Positions 8,916-18,323 of a stretch of 64,000 bases of DNA are shown one piece after another. Every line of letters begins with the position of its first letter. The first letter of the stretch is position 1. The notes under the pieces were generated by a model that did not search any database, was not told the origin of the DNA, and worked only from the letters and a program-made list of their open reading frames with translations. The position numbers were made by a program, and so were the translations under genes. The DNA comes from an uncultured Dehalococcoidia bacterium (GTDB lineage Bacteria > Chloroflexota > Dehalococcoidia > Lucifugimonadales > UBA3495), in assembly GCA_951813535.1 (NCBI GenBank), contig OX638345.1, forward strand, positions 2,823,158 to 2,887,157, in the 5' to 3' direction.

Positions 8916-8997
8916 GCACCCGTGCGCTCCACAATCACCAACCCCCAGGACCTTCTCAAATCCGCTTCCCCGCTCCACCTTGGAAAACATCCCGTTC

Positions 8998-9020
8998 ATC
9001 CTGTCCATCGATGCAACTAG
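8998..9020 (+). repeat. 'atcctgtccatcgATGcaact' motif (copy C)
   Basis: Shares atcctgtccatc...gatg.a.aact with copy E (10266-10299). Confidence 0.5.
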
Positions 9021-9436
9021 AACCCGCGCTCCGAGAACCCCGAAACTCCTGACACGCCCGCTCCACCGTCGCCAGAACACCAGTGCTATCATGGGTTCCA
9101 CAGGCGAATAATCCACACCTTGACCAGGTCCCGGCCAGAACGGCCAACATCAGCACCAAGTCGCTAAAGGCCATGTGGGAGACTGCCGCCGGTCACTCTA
9201 ACCGGTGTAGTCGCCCCGGCCACCGCGCCCGCCACAGCGCGCCATGCTTCGGGCATCGTGCCCCGTAGGCATGGACAATAGGAGCAAAAAACCCCAGCGC
9301 AAATCCCCCGGCCGTGGGGCTGATCAACCCGGGACCTGGTCAACGCCAACCGATCGCCAACCGCCTGTAGCAACCAACACCCAATCGCCTGTGAACATCG
9401 AAACCCTGAGGAGCCACTCCAACCCAATCCAAAGTC

Positions 9437-9468
9437 AATCCTCATCTCGTCTATCCTGTGCATCCATG
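9437..9468 (+). repeat. 'aatcct...atcctgtgcatccATG' motif (copy D)
   Basis: Shares atcctgtgcatc(c/g)atg with copy E. Its ATG is the first in-frame ATG of the 9466-10185 ORF. Confidence 0.45.
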
Positions 9469-10185
9469 CCAAAGGGAGCGTCTTCAACCATGGGCAGTGT
9501 CCAACATCACCAGGCCCAGGCCCGGCGGTTTCTGTCGCTGGCCCGGTCCGACCACGACGCCGGCGACTACCCCCGGGCGGCCAACGCCCTGGCCCGTGCC
9601 GCATCACACGCGGCCACGGCCGCGGTCGTCCACGAGTCCAACTTCCGCCGGCGCACCCGTCGTAGGCTGACCAACCGCCTGTTCGCTCTGGCCTGGGAGG
9701 GCCGCATATCTAACGGCGGAGTCCGCATATTCCGCAACATCTACGAGCTGCCCGACCGGCTCGCCAGGGCGCATCCCCGGGAGGCCCAGCGTCTTAGCCG
9801 TCAGGCCCGCAATCGGGTGGCCATGCTGGTGCGCTCGGTGGAGGGTGCCATATCCGGCCGGCTGGTGACGGGCCGGGGCCGCCGTCCTCCGCGACCTCCG
9901 TGGCGTCCGGCGCCCCGGTCGGTGTCGGCGATCATCGCGCTGCCCGACTATGCGGAGATAGCCCGCGCCCACAACCTGGAGGGATCACCCTTGGCGAGAC
10001 GTCCTGACCCCCATGGTTTCTACGACCGTGGACAGACGCCCCCGGAGTGCCCCTGTCACCGCGTTCCGCTGCCCCGCCGCAACGACAGCGACACCATCGA
10101 ACTGTCGCCTCTGTGGAAACGCGCCCTGGAGCGCACCTTCCGCACCCCCTTCCCCGACACCATCCCCATCAGCCCAACCGCGTGA
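9466..10185 (+). CDS. hypothetical protein, possible HEPN-like helical N-terminal domain
   Basis: Strong G/C bias at codon position 3 across about 240 codons. The N-terminal helices (ARRFLSLARSDHDAGDYPRAANALARAASHAATAAV) and an RLARAH (Rx4H) string resemble HEPN folds. The C-terminus is Arg/Pro-rich. Start uncertain (9466 or 9490). Confidence 0.45.
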   Translation: MPKGASSTMGSVQHHQAQARRFLSLARSDHDAGDYPRAANALARAASHAATAAVVHESNFRRRTRRRLTNRLFALAWEGRISNGGVRIFRNIYELPDRLARAHPREAQRLSRQARNRVAMLVRSVEGAISGRLVTGRGRRPPRPPWRPAPRSVSAIIALPDYAEIARAHNLEGSPLARRPDPHGFYDRGQTPPECPCHRVPLPRRNDSDTIELSPLWKRALERTFRTPFPDTIPISPTA

Positions 10186-10265
10186 ACCCAAACCCATGAC
10201 GCGACCCAACCCGGATGGCCATCATACCTGCCAAAGCAGGCATCCAGACCTCCCAACAATAAACC

Positions 10266-10299
10266 AAATCCTGTCCATCCTGTGCATCGATGTACAACT
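10266..10299 (+). repeat. 'aaatcctgtccatcctgtgcatcgATGtacaact' motif (copy E)
   Basis: Combines the cores of copies C and D. Together with copy C it brackets the 9466-10185 ORF as a direct repeat. Confidence 0.5.
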
Positions 10300-10333
10300 C
10301 GCTCCCGTCCTGCCTCACCGCCACCGTCCCGCG

Positions 10334-11575
10334 TCAGTAAATCACCCCGGCTTCCTCAAGCCGTTCAATCTCGCCGTCCGGCATCCCCAGCAACTGCCCG
10401 AACACGTACGCGTTGTCCTCGCCGATGTTGCTGTACTTGCCGAACGGTATCGGAGTCTCCGACATCTTCGCCGGAATCGACCACGAAACGCTCTCGCCTT
10501 CCGTCCACTCGGTCGCTTTGACTCCGCGTTCCGCTTCCCAGTATTGCGTGTCCTGGTAGAACTCCCGCGACTTCAGGTGCGCGTTTTCGTTCAGGTCCCG
10601 CCCCTGCGACACCATCCCGGCCGGCACCCCCGCCGCTTGCAGCTTTTCCATCAACGCCTGCGGATCATGCTGCCGCGACCACTCGGCGATCCCGGCATCC
10701 AGCGCGTCCTCGTTGCGCCTTCGACCCAATCGGGTTTCGTACTCCGCCGCCACCGCCCACTCCGGATCGCCCATCGCCTTCCGGAGCCTCACCCACTGCT
10801 CGTCGTCTGACACCGCAATCGCAATGTACCGGTCCTCTCCCGCGCACGGATAAACATTGTGCGGCGCCGCCCACTCGTCCCGGTTGCCCCGCCGCTGCGG
10901 ATCCCGTCCGTTCACCTGGTAATCCAGCAACGCCGGCCCGCCGGTGGCCACTCCCGACTTGAAGATCGACGACTCCAGCGTCGCCGTCTTCCCCGTCAAA
11001 TTGCGACGCATCAGCGCCGCGATGATCCCCGCCGGCTGGAATACCCCGGTGTGGTAGTCCGAGTACGAAGTGTTGACCACCCCCGGCGGCTCATCCGGCA
11101 GCCCGGTCATCAGCGACACCCCGGACAGGTGTTGCACCAGTATCCCGAAGGACTTGTACGTGTAGTACGGCCCGTGTCCCCCCAGCCCGGTCTGCCACAT
11201 GATTATCGCGTCCGGCCTCTGCTTCCGGATTTCCGGGAAGTCGATCCTCCAGCGGTCCAGCACGTTCCGCCGGAAGTTGGTCATGAACACATCGCTGATC
11301 CGGACCATCTCCAGCATCAGATCCCGCCCCGCCTCCGTTCGAACGTCCAGCGTGATCCGCCGCTTTCCCCGTTGGTACTCCGGTTGTCCCGCTCCTCTCG
11401 ACCACGCCGGGATGAACGACATTTCGTCCAGCACCTTGTTCGTCTCGACCTTAATGACCTCCGCTCCGAGAGAGCCTAGAATCCTCCCCGTCAGCGGCAG
11501 CGCCACGTAAGGGCCGAATTCCACCACCCGAATGCCCGCCAGCGCCGCCGGCGCCTCGATATTAGCGCTGGTCAT
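10334..11575 (-). CDS. CaiB/BaiF family-III CoA-transferase
   Basis: GIRVVEFGPYVALPLTGRILGSLGAEVIKVE N-terminal motif and typical length. Confidence 0.88.
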   Translation of the reverse strand: MTSANIEAPAALAGIRVVEFGPYVALPLTGRILGSLGAEVIKVETNKVLDEMSFIPAWSRGAGQPEYQRGKRRITLDVRTEAGRDLMLEMVRISDVFMTNFRRNVLDRWRIDFPEIRKQRPDAIIMWQTGLGGHGPYYTYKSFGILVQHLSGVSLMTGLPDEPPGVVNTSYSDYHTGVFQPAGIIAALMRRNLTGKTATLESSIFKSGVATGGPALLDYQVNGRDPQRRGNRDEWAAPHNVYPCAGEDRYIAIAVSDDEQWVRLRKAMGDPEWAVAAEYETRLGRRRNEDALDAGIAEWSRQHDPQALMEKLQAAGVPAGMVSQGRDLNENAHLKSREFYQDTQYWEAERGVKATEWTEGESVSWSIPAKMSETPIPFGKYSNIGEDNAYVFGQLLGMPDGEIERLEEAGVIY

Positions 11576-11580
11576 GATTC

Positions 11581-12261
11581 CTACTCCTCGCTGTGCCGGT
11601 CAAAAATCAAGCGACGCACTTCAAAAATGAAACCCGGCAGCACATCCTCGCCGTAGAGGGTTTCGGGGTTTTCCAATACCTCAGGCCCATCCTGGCCGGC
11701 GCGATAGAGATATGCCAGGTGATTGCTTGGATCGATACCCCAGCCCAGTCGCGTACCCCCGTCCATCCATTCCTGCATCTTGGCCAGAAATGGTGGGAGA
11801 CGGTCGGTGCGAGAACGGATTTCGACCACGAAGTCGGGCGCGCCATTTATAGTTCCCAGCCGCTCATTGGTTGTCAGGTTGTCGTACCGTTCCTGTGCGA
11901 TCCAAGCAGCATCGGGAATGCGCTGTGCCCCGCTGGGCAAATGGAACCCCACGGATGACGGATAACTCATTCCCCCGTTGATGCGCCGCCACACGTACAA
12001 TTCACCAATTGCGTCGGCCTCGTCAGCGCTGCTTTCCGAACCGGGCGGCGGCATAATTATCAACTCTCCTTGCGCAGAATACTCAAACTGCCAAGGCGGG
12101 TTGTCCGTGGCAAACTGGCACAGTCGTTCCCCGAAATCGGGAGCAAGATGATCCACCCCTAGCGCCGCCAGATTGAGGCGAAGTTCTCCGACCAGGGTCC
12201 AGTCTGCTGATTGCTCGGCAGCTTCCTCGACGGACATCTCTGTCGGTTTGGTGGTGACCAT
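11581..12261 (-). CDS. Uma2 family (DUF820) putative endonuclease
   Basis: GELIIMPPPG, IPDAAWI and APDFVVEIRSRTD motifs. Gaps to the flanking CoA-transferase genes are 28 nt and 5 nt. Confidence 0.8.
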   Translation of the reverse strand: MVTTKPTEMSVEEAAEQSADWTLVGELRLNLAALGVDHLAPDFGERLCQFATDNPPWQFEYSAQGELIIMPPPGSESSADEADAIGELYVWRRINGGMSYPSSVGFHLPSGAQRIPDAAWIAQERYDNLTTNERLGTINGAPDFVVEIRSRTDRLPPFLAKMQEWMDGGTRLGWGIDPSNHLAYLYRAGQDGPEVLENPETLYGEDVLPGFIFEVRRLIFDRHSEE

Positions 12262-12289
12262 GACAAATCCTCCCGGAACGGGCAGTGGC

Positions 12290-13537
12290 CTAAATTATCC
12301 CATCGCCTCTCAGGGTCGCCAACTCGTCAGCAGTCATCCCCAACTCTCCCTGGTACACCGCCATGTTGTCCGCCCCCAACGCCGGCGCCGGCCGGCGGCG
12401 TGCCGACACCTCCTCGCTGTGGAATATCCCCAGCGGGTACTTGATGGTCCCGATCGACCCTTCCTCGTGCTCAATGTCGTACCAGAATCCCGACTCCGCC
12501 AGCTGCGGGTCGGCCAGGAGATCCGCCACCTCGTTCACCGGCAGGAAAACCAGGTTCCGGCGTTGCCCCTCGTGAAACATTTCCTGCACGGTGAAGTTCT
12601 CGGCAAACTCCAGAAACAGCGCGGTGATGATGTCGATGTGCTCCGCCCGGTCCTGGTTCCCGCCCCGGTAGGCCTCGTTGAGCACCTCGTCATTACCGGT
12701 CACCTCGTGGATCCATTCCGCCAGGGCGTCCCATTCCCGTGGTGTAATGACCCCGGCAGCAATCCAGCCGTCCTTGCACGGGTACGCCCCCAGCGGGATG
12801 ACCAGCGTCGAGTTGGTGCCCACCCGCGTCACGTTCTGCCCCAGCTTCCGCCACAGCAGCGCCGGATGCGCGTCCGTGTAGTAGGTGATCAGCGCTTCCT
12901 GCGAGGACACGTCGATGTGCTGCCCCACGCCGCCGTCGGCAAAATCCCGGTAATAGAGCGCTGCCAATATCCCCACCGCGGCGTACTGCGCCCCCGGGTA
13001 GTGGCTGTGCTCGTTGCCCTGCCGAACCGGTGGCTCATCCGGTTCCCCGGTGATCTGCATGTACCCGCTGGCCGCCATCACCACCAGGTCGTCGCCCGAG
13101 TAATCCGCCCACTCGCCCGTGGACCCGAACGGCGTAACCGAAGCCATCACCAACCCCGGGTTGTCGCCGCGCAGGTCGTCGTATCCGATTCCTCTGTCGC
13201 CCAGGAAATGCCGATCGTAGCTCTCAATGATCACGTCGGCGTCCGCGGCCAAACGTCGGAACACCCCACGCCCCGCCTCGGTTTCCAGGTCCAGCGTGAT
13301 GGACCGCTTGTTGGTGTTGTAGAACAGGAAATCCAGACTCCGCTCGGCGTCAGCCACGTCCCCGGGATACGGCCCCAACCCCCGCGAAGGGTCTCCAGAA
13401 GGCGGTTCCACCTTCACCACGTCCGCCCCGTAATCGGCCAACAGTCGGCCGCAGAATGCCGCTCGTCGGTCGGTCAAATCCAGGACCCGATACGGCGGTA
13501 TCAGGTGCTCGCCGGTGTATTCGTCGAACCGAGGCAT
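12290..13537 (-). CDS. CaiB/BaiF family-III CoA-transferase
   Basis: YRVLDLTDRRAAFCGRLLADYGADVVKVEPP motif. ATG at 13537 follows GGAGGC. The track ORF has 27 extra codons. Confidence 0.86.
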   Translation of the reverse strand: MPRFDEYTGEHLIPPYRVLDLTDRRAAFCGRLLADYGADVVKVEPPSGDPSRGLGPYPGDVADAERSLDFLFYNTNKRSITLDLETEAGRGVFRRLAADADVIIESYDRHFLGDRGIGYDDLRGDNPGLVMASVTPFGSTGEWADYSGDDLVVMAASGYMQITGEPDEPPVRQGNEHSHYPGAQYAAVGILAALYYRDFADGGVGQHIDVSSQEALITYYTDAHPALLWRKLGQNVTRVGTNSTLVIPLGAYPCKDGWIAAGVITPREWDALAEWIHEVTGNDEVLNEAYRGGNQDRAEHIDIITALFLEFAENFTVQEMFHEGQRRNLVFLPVNEVADLLADPQLAESGFWYDIEHEEGSIGTIKYPLGIFHSEEVSARRRPAPALGADNMAVYQGELGMTADELATLRGDGII

Positions 13538-13686
13538 GGGCTGTAAGCCTCCGTCTCCGTGCTGTCTGACCCTTGGGGCCGTGTTCGCCAATTTATCCCC
13601 GCCTGATCGTGGTGTCAAAACCGCGACGGCAAATCCACCCCCGCTATAATGTTGTCAGCCCACATCCCGCATCCCTGAGAGCGTTC

Positions 13687-15429
13687 ATGAGCACAATGCA
13701 CCCCACTGATATCAACGCCGCGCTGGTTAACCTTGTTCGCAAACGCAGCCCGGAGCGATGGCAAACCGTTCCCATCGGTTTGACGCCCATGTCGCGCCCG
13801 ATGCTGGCCCTGATCGACACCCGTTCCCTGCCTTCCTCCGCAGAAGACCACCGTCCGACCGTTTTGCTCGTCGCCGGACTGCGGGGCGAGACCATGGACA
13901 CCCCGCGCATTCTCGTCACCCTGGATCTCTTTGCCCGGTCGGCAGCCGCCGGCGCTTCCGGAGTGGCCCTCAGCGCCCTCGCCGCCAGCAATCCCGATGC
14001 CCTGGCCGGCGGCGATTGGGAGCCCACTGCGGGAAACCCTGCTGATCTGACCCAGGGGTTCCCCCCGGACGGCGGATTCTACTCCGACGAGACCGGGCCC
14101 GAGAGCCGTTACCTGTGGCGGTGGGTTTGCTATCAGGCGCCGGATTTGCTTGTCGAGGTGGCGCTGTCCGACGACCCCAACCTGCAGCCCCTTTGGGAGG
14201 CGAATTCAGCGGCAACCGATAGCGCGGTGGCCTCGGCCCTCGGTGCCTCCCCCGCCGCCGCTGACGACTCGCTCGTCGCCGCTCTGGGGCACCCATCTGG
14301 GGATGCCCCGGGTACCATCCCTGCCCTGCGCTTGACCACCCATTGGACCGGTCTCGCCGACTCCTTGCGGTCCCTCTGGCGTCTGACCAACCGGGATGCG
14401 GATGTGCCGCCCTCTTCGGCCCGCCTCGCCCTCGACGCCCGACGTCGCCGCACTCCCATCGAGCTCGCCCGTATTTTGGCCGGCCGTTACGGCCACGCCC
14501 TCGACCCAGTCAACTACACCCAGGGCGTCGGAATCAGTGGCCGTCTCCGCCTTGCTGCCCTCGACGATGGGTTGCCCAATCCCACCGACGACATCGCCCG
14601 CCTGATTGACCATGTCGCCAACGATCCGCCCGCCCATCTCGCTGATGCCGGCGGCGCTGCTCTCACCGGCGTCGTGTGGGCCGCCCGTTTGGCCGACTAC
14701 ACCGGTGACGAAAAGTACCGACGTCTCTTCTTCTACGCCGCGGATCGCTTCATGGCCCGTGGCCCGGGAGAAGCTCCGGCCCCGTGCGATCCCGATTTCC
14801 GTGTCGAGGATATGTTCATGGCCGGCGCCATGCTCGGCCGGGCCTACCGTATCTCCGGGGACGCCAAATACGCCGACCTCTTGGCGAGCTTCCTGCTGGA
14901 TGGTGGAGATGTCCAGGAGGCAAACGGCCTGTTCCGCCACGCCCGGTCCGCCCCGTTCTACTGGAGCCGTGGCAACGGGTTCGCCGCTCTCGGATACGCC
15001 GAGGCCTTGACCTATCTGCCGGAAAACCATCCCGCCCGGGATACGCTCCTGCAGCGGCATCGCCGCCACCTGGACGCCTTGATGCGCGTTCAGCAGCCAT
15101 GGGGCACTTTCGGAGAACTCGTCGACCTGCCCGGGGCGTGGGGCGAACTGACCTCGACATCCATGATCGGGTACGCGCTGGCCAGGGGTCTCCGTCTCGG
15201 CTGGCTTCCTGCCGGTAGCGACGCCGGCTACACCGCCGGCCTGCAAGCCTGCTGGCGGGCCCTGTCAGAACGGATCGATGCAGACGGCGGCGTTGTCGAC
15301 GGCTGCATCAGCACCGGCGTCATGCCCGATACCCGCGCCTACCTGAACCGTACCGCCGTCAACGGACATGACGACCGCACCGGCAGCCTCGCCCTGTGGT
15401 TCGCCTGCGAGATGGCCCAGCAGCCCTAG
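13687..15429 (+). CDS. two-domain protein: N-terminal M14-carboxypeptidase-like region fused to a GH88/GH105-type unsaturated glycosyl hydrolase domain
   Basis: The C-terminal half has the YWSRGNGFAALGYAEAL motif (WxRGNGW of YteR/UGL families) and (alpha/alpha)6-like repeats. The N-terminus has TVLLVAGLRGETMDTP. Start ATG at 13687. Confidence 0.65.
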   Translation: MSTMHPTDINAALVNLVRKRSPERWQTVPIGLTPMSRPMLALIDTRSLPSSAEDHRPTVLLVAGLRGETMDTPRILVTLDLFARSAAAGASGVALSALAASNPDALAGGDWEPTAGNPADLTQGFPPDGGFYSDETGPESRYLWRWVCYQAPDLLVEVALSDDPNLQPLWEANSAATDSAVASALGASPAAADDSLVAALGHPSGDAPGTIPALRLTTHWTGLADSLRSLWRLTNRDADVPPSSARLALDARRRRTPIELARILAGRYGHALDPVNYTQGVGISGRLRLAALDDGLPNPTDDIARLIDHVANDPPAHLADAGGAALTGVVWAARLADYTGDEKYRRLFFYAADRFMARGPGEAPAPCDPDFRVEDMFMAGAMLGRAYRISGDAKYADLLASFLLDGGDVQEANGLFRHARSAPFYWSRGNGFAALGYAEALTYLPENHPARDTLLQRHRRHLDALMRVQQPWGTFGELVDLPGAWGELTSTSMIGYALARGLRLGWLPAGSDAGYTAGLQACWRALSERIDADGGVVDGCISTGVMPDTRAYLNRTAVNGHDDRTGSLALWFACEMAQQP

Positions 15430-15487
15430 CGAAAATCCGTGCTAAAATCGCCCAAAGGTGGTCCGGCTGCCACCGAGGGAGCCAATC

Positions 15488-16948
15488 ATGCTGACCAGGC
15501 TGGAAGTCAACGGATTCAAAAACCTTGTCGATTTCTCCGTTGATTTCGGGCCGTTTACGTGCATCACCGGACCCGGCGGAGTGGGCAAGTCCAACCTGTT
15601 CGACGCCATTCAATTCCTGTCGTTGCTCACCGAGTTCCCGATCAATGAGGCCGCATCCCGCATCCGTAACCCGGGCCGCGAAACCGCCGATGTGGCCGAG
15701 CTGTTCTTCTTCGACGGCAGTCAAAGAACCGACCGGATTGAAATCGCCGCAGAGATGGTAATTCGGGGCAAGGTCACGGATGACTTTGGCCGAGCGTCCG
15801 AAGCTTCGTCCTCGTTCCTGCGTTACGAGGTTTCCTTTCGCTATGCCCCGCCCTCCTCGGTCGATGGATCGATCGGCGGGATCATCCTGGAACGGGAGGA
15901 GCTCCGCCCCATCATAGAGGCGCGCGCGTCTCACCATTTGAAGTTTCCCCACAGCAAGAGGAGATTTCGAGATGGCGCCGTCTACAACAACCGGCACGCC
16001 CGCAGCGGGTTCATATCCACCAGCGACGATCCTGAAACGGGACAACCGGTTGTCATGGTTCACCAGGATGGCGGCTACCCGGCGCGCGGCCGCCCATCAC
16101 CCGCGCACGCTGCCCGGCGCATTGCGGTCGCCACCGAGAACACCGCCGCGACCCCAACCGTCCTGGCCGCTAAACGGGAGATGCAAGGCTGGCAGGTTCT
16201 GGACCTGGATCCCGTGGCCATGCGCCGGCCCGACCGGTATAGCCAACCGCCCGGCGTAGCCAACGACGGAGCCCACATTCCAGCAACATTGCACAATTGG
16301 ATCAGTACCGCCCAAGAAAACGGGTTTGATCCAGAGTCCGCGCTGGACCGGCTGACCGCGTCGATTTCTGATGTGGTTCCATTGGGCAAGACCAGTGTCT
16401 CGCGCGAGGATGTGTTGGGTTTGCTTTCGCTCGTATTGGAAGAGCCGTCCGGGATAACATTTGGCGCTTCAACGGTGTCGGATAGTACATTGCGTTTCCT
16501 AGCGTTCGCGGTCTTGGCCCAAACTCCCGGTCCTCCGTCACTCCTTTGCATCGAATCGCCGGAAACCGGATTGGCACTGGACAGCCTGGATGCGCTGAAT
16601 TCGATCCTGCACCAAATGGCGACTAACCCCAACGCGGAAATTGGCCCGGATAACCCGCTGCGACAAGTGATCGCGATTAGCCAGTCGCCTTACCTGTTGC
16701 AGTTACAGGAAATGCAGGATTTGCTTTTGGGTCAGCCTCTGCGGCCTAGCGTTACCGGATCGGACCCAAACCAACACATTCTGCGATTTCGCCCTCATGC
16801 TGGTACTTGGCGGTGCGTGGACCCAGAAGATGGAATTGACCTGACCTCCATGTTGTCCTATCCGTTGCCAGCGCAGAAACTGCAAATCGGCTTTCCCTCC
16901 CAGTTCTGGAACGACGCGTATCGGCTACGACCCGGTGCTGGATTCTGA
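15488..16948 (+). CDS. ABC/SMC-type AAA family ATPase (AAA_15/AAA_21-like), orphan
   Basis: LEVNGFKNL...ITGPGGVGKSNLFDAIQFL (Walker A), VSDSTLRFLAFAVL (signature-like), LLCIESPETGLALD (Walker B region), QVIAISQSPYLL. ATG at 15488 follows GAGGGA. Confidence 0.8.
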   Translation: MLTRLEVNGFKNLVDFSVDFGPFTCITGPGGVGKSNLFDAIQFLSLLTEFPINEAASRIRNPGRETADVAELFFFDGSQRTDRIEIAAEMVIRGKVTDDFGRASEASSSFLRYEVSFRYAPPSSVDGSIGGIILEREELRPIIEARASHHLKFPHSKRRFRDGAVYNNRHARSGFISTSDDPETGQPVVMVHQDGGYPARGRPSPAHAARRIAVATENTAATPTVLAAKREMQGWQVLDLDPVAMRRPDRYSQPPGVANDGAHIPATLHNWISTAQENGFDPESALDRLTASISDVVPLGKTSVSREDVLGLLSLVLEEPSGITFGASTVSDSTLRFLAFAVLAQTPGPPSLLCIESPETGLALDSLDALNSILHQMATNPNAEIGPDNPLRQVIAISQSPYLLQLQEMQDLLLGQPLRPSVTGSDPNQHILRFRPHAGTWRCVDPEDGIDLTSMLSYPLPAQKLQIGFPSQFWNDAYRLRPGAGF

Positions 16949-17009
16949 CACTGGCCAGATCCGTCGATGATCTATAATCGCCCGATCATTAACTGCGGCT
17001 AATAGCTAA

Positions 17010-18323
17010 GTGCACGTCCTGATCGCCTACATATCCCAGCGGACCCCGTTTTTCTACGGGTGGATCGTGCTTGGCACCGCCGGCAGCAGCATGTTCGTCC
17101 GCAACGCGGCCGGCAGTCTGACCTTCGCCGTTTTTGTGCCCCTGATCGCCGACGAAACGGGATGGAGTCGTGCGGTCATCGGAGGCGCCGCCGCTGTCGG
17201 CGGCTTGCTGGCCACCGGGGCGTCCCCACCCGTCGGCTGGGCCATCGACCGTTACGGAGCGCGGGCCGTGCTCGTCTCTTCGTTAATCATCATCGGCCTC
17301 AGCACAATGGCCATGGCGTGGCTGTCGGTCCATATCGCCATCTTCTACTCCGCCTTGGCTGTCGGTCGCATCATGTTCAGCAGTCCGCTCAACGTGGGCG
17401 CGGCCACGGTAGTAGGTCGTTGGTTTGTTCGTCAGCGCGGACGCGCCACCGGACTGCTGTTCCTGTCCCACTCTGGAGGCATGGTGGCTTTCCCGCTGGT
17501 TGCCACGTGGGTCAGCGTGGCTTACGGGTGGCAAGTCGCCTGGATAGTCCTGGGGCTGATGGTGTACGCCATTGCGTTGGCTCCCGCGGCGCTTCTGGTC
17601 GCCCAACGCCCGGAGGATGTCGGGCTGCTCCCCGACGGCGACGCTCCGGACGCAACCGGTGAGGCCGACACATCCATCGCGCCGGCCACCGACACTGAGT
17701 CCGCGCTGGAGTGGACGACGCGGCAGGCTATGCGTACGCCGGCCCTCTGGGTCCTGGCCATCGGAACGGGTTTTCTCTTCCTGTTGCAGTCCGGCACCAA
17801 CGTGTACCAGGCCGACTTGCTGCGTTCCCGCGGCATCGACCTTTCCCTGTCCCAGCTGAGCATCGTCGTCAACGCCGCCGGCACGGGATTTGGCAGCCTG
17901 CTGTGGGGACGGGTCGTGGAAAAAACGCGGGTTTCGTACACCTACGCGATCGTCGCTCTGGTCATGGCAATAGCCTGCGCGTTGTTCGTCGTCGCAGACA
18001 CCGTCGCGCTGGCATTCTGTGCCGCCGGTCTGTTCGGCGTCGCGGTCGCCGGCATCCTGGTGGTGCCCGCTGTCGCCTACGCTAACTTTTTCGGGCGTCA
18101 GTCGCTCGGCACCATCCGCGGCGTCACCGAACCCTTTACCTCCCTGGGTCAGGCCATCGGCGCCGTCGCGTCAGGGTTGGTGTACCAGTTTGCTGGCGGC
18201 TACGGCATCGCCTTCATCATTTACACCGTCTTGGGGGCTGTCACCGCGCTTGCTCTGCTTCTCGCCAGGCCGCCGGTACACCCGCAGGGCCACCCGGCAC
18301 TGTCTGCTGAAACCGCTGACTAG
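17010..18323 (+). CDS. MFS transporter (OFA-like)
   Basis: 12 predicted hydrophobic segments, FYGWIVLG N-terminus, and the GWAIDRYGAR loop motif shared with 29780-31129. GTG start. Confidence 0.85.
   Translation: MHVLIAYISQRTPFFYGWIVLGTAGSSMFVRNAAGSLTFAVFVPLIADETGWSRAVIGGAAAVGGLLATGASPPVGWAIDRYGARAVLVSSLIIIGLSTMAMAWLSVHIAIFYSALAVGRIMFSSPLNVGAATVVGRWFVRQRGRATGLLFLSHSGGMVAFPLVATWVSVAYGWQVAWIVLGLMVYAIALAPAALLVAQRPEDVGLLPDGDAPDATGEADTSIAPATDTESALEWTTRQAMRTPALWVLAIGTGFLFLLQSGTNVYQADLLRSRGIDLSLSQLSIVVNAAGTGFGSLLWGRVVEKTRVSYTYAIVALVMAIACALFVVADTVALAFCAAGLFGVAVAGILVVPAVAYANFFGRQSLGTIRGVTEPFTSLGQAIGAVASGLVYQFAGGYGIAFIIYTVLGAVTALALLLARPPVHPQGHPALSAETAD

Noticed and set aside
16938-16950. 'ggattctgaca' at the ATPase gene's stop as a remnant of the aatcctgattctgac element, marking an insertion boundary
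   Set aside because: Only about 10 nt match, which is too short to distinguish from chance.
16973-16978. Promoter for the MFS gene based on a perfect TATAAT
   Set aside because: There is no acceptable -35 hexamer at 16-18 nt and no extended -10. An isolated hexamer in an AT-richer spacer is not sufficient evidence.
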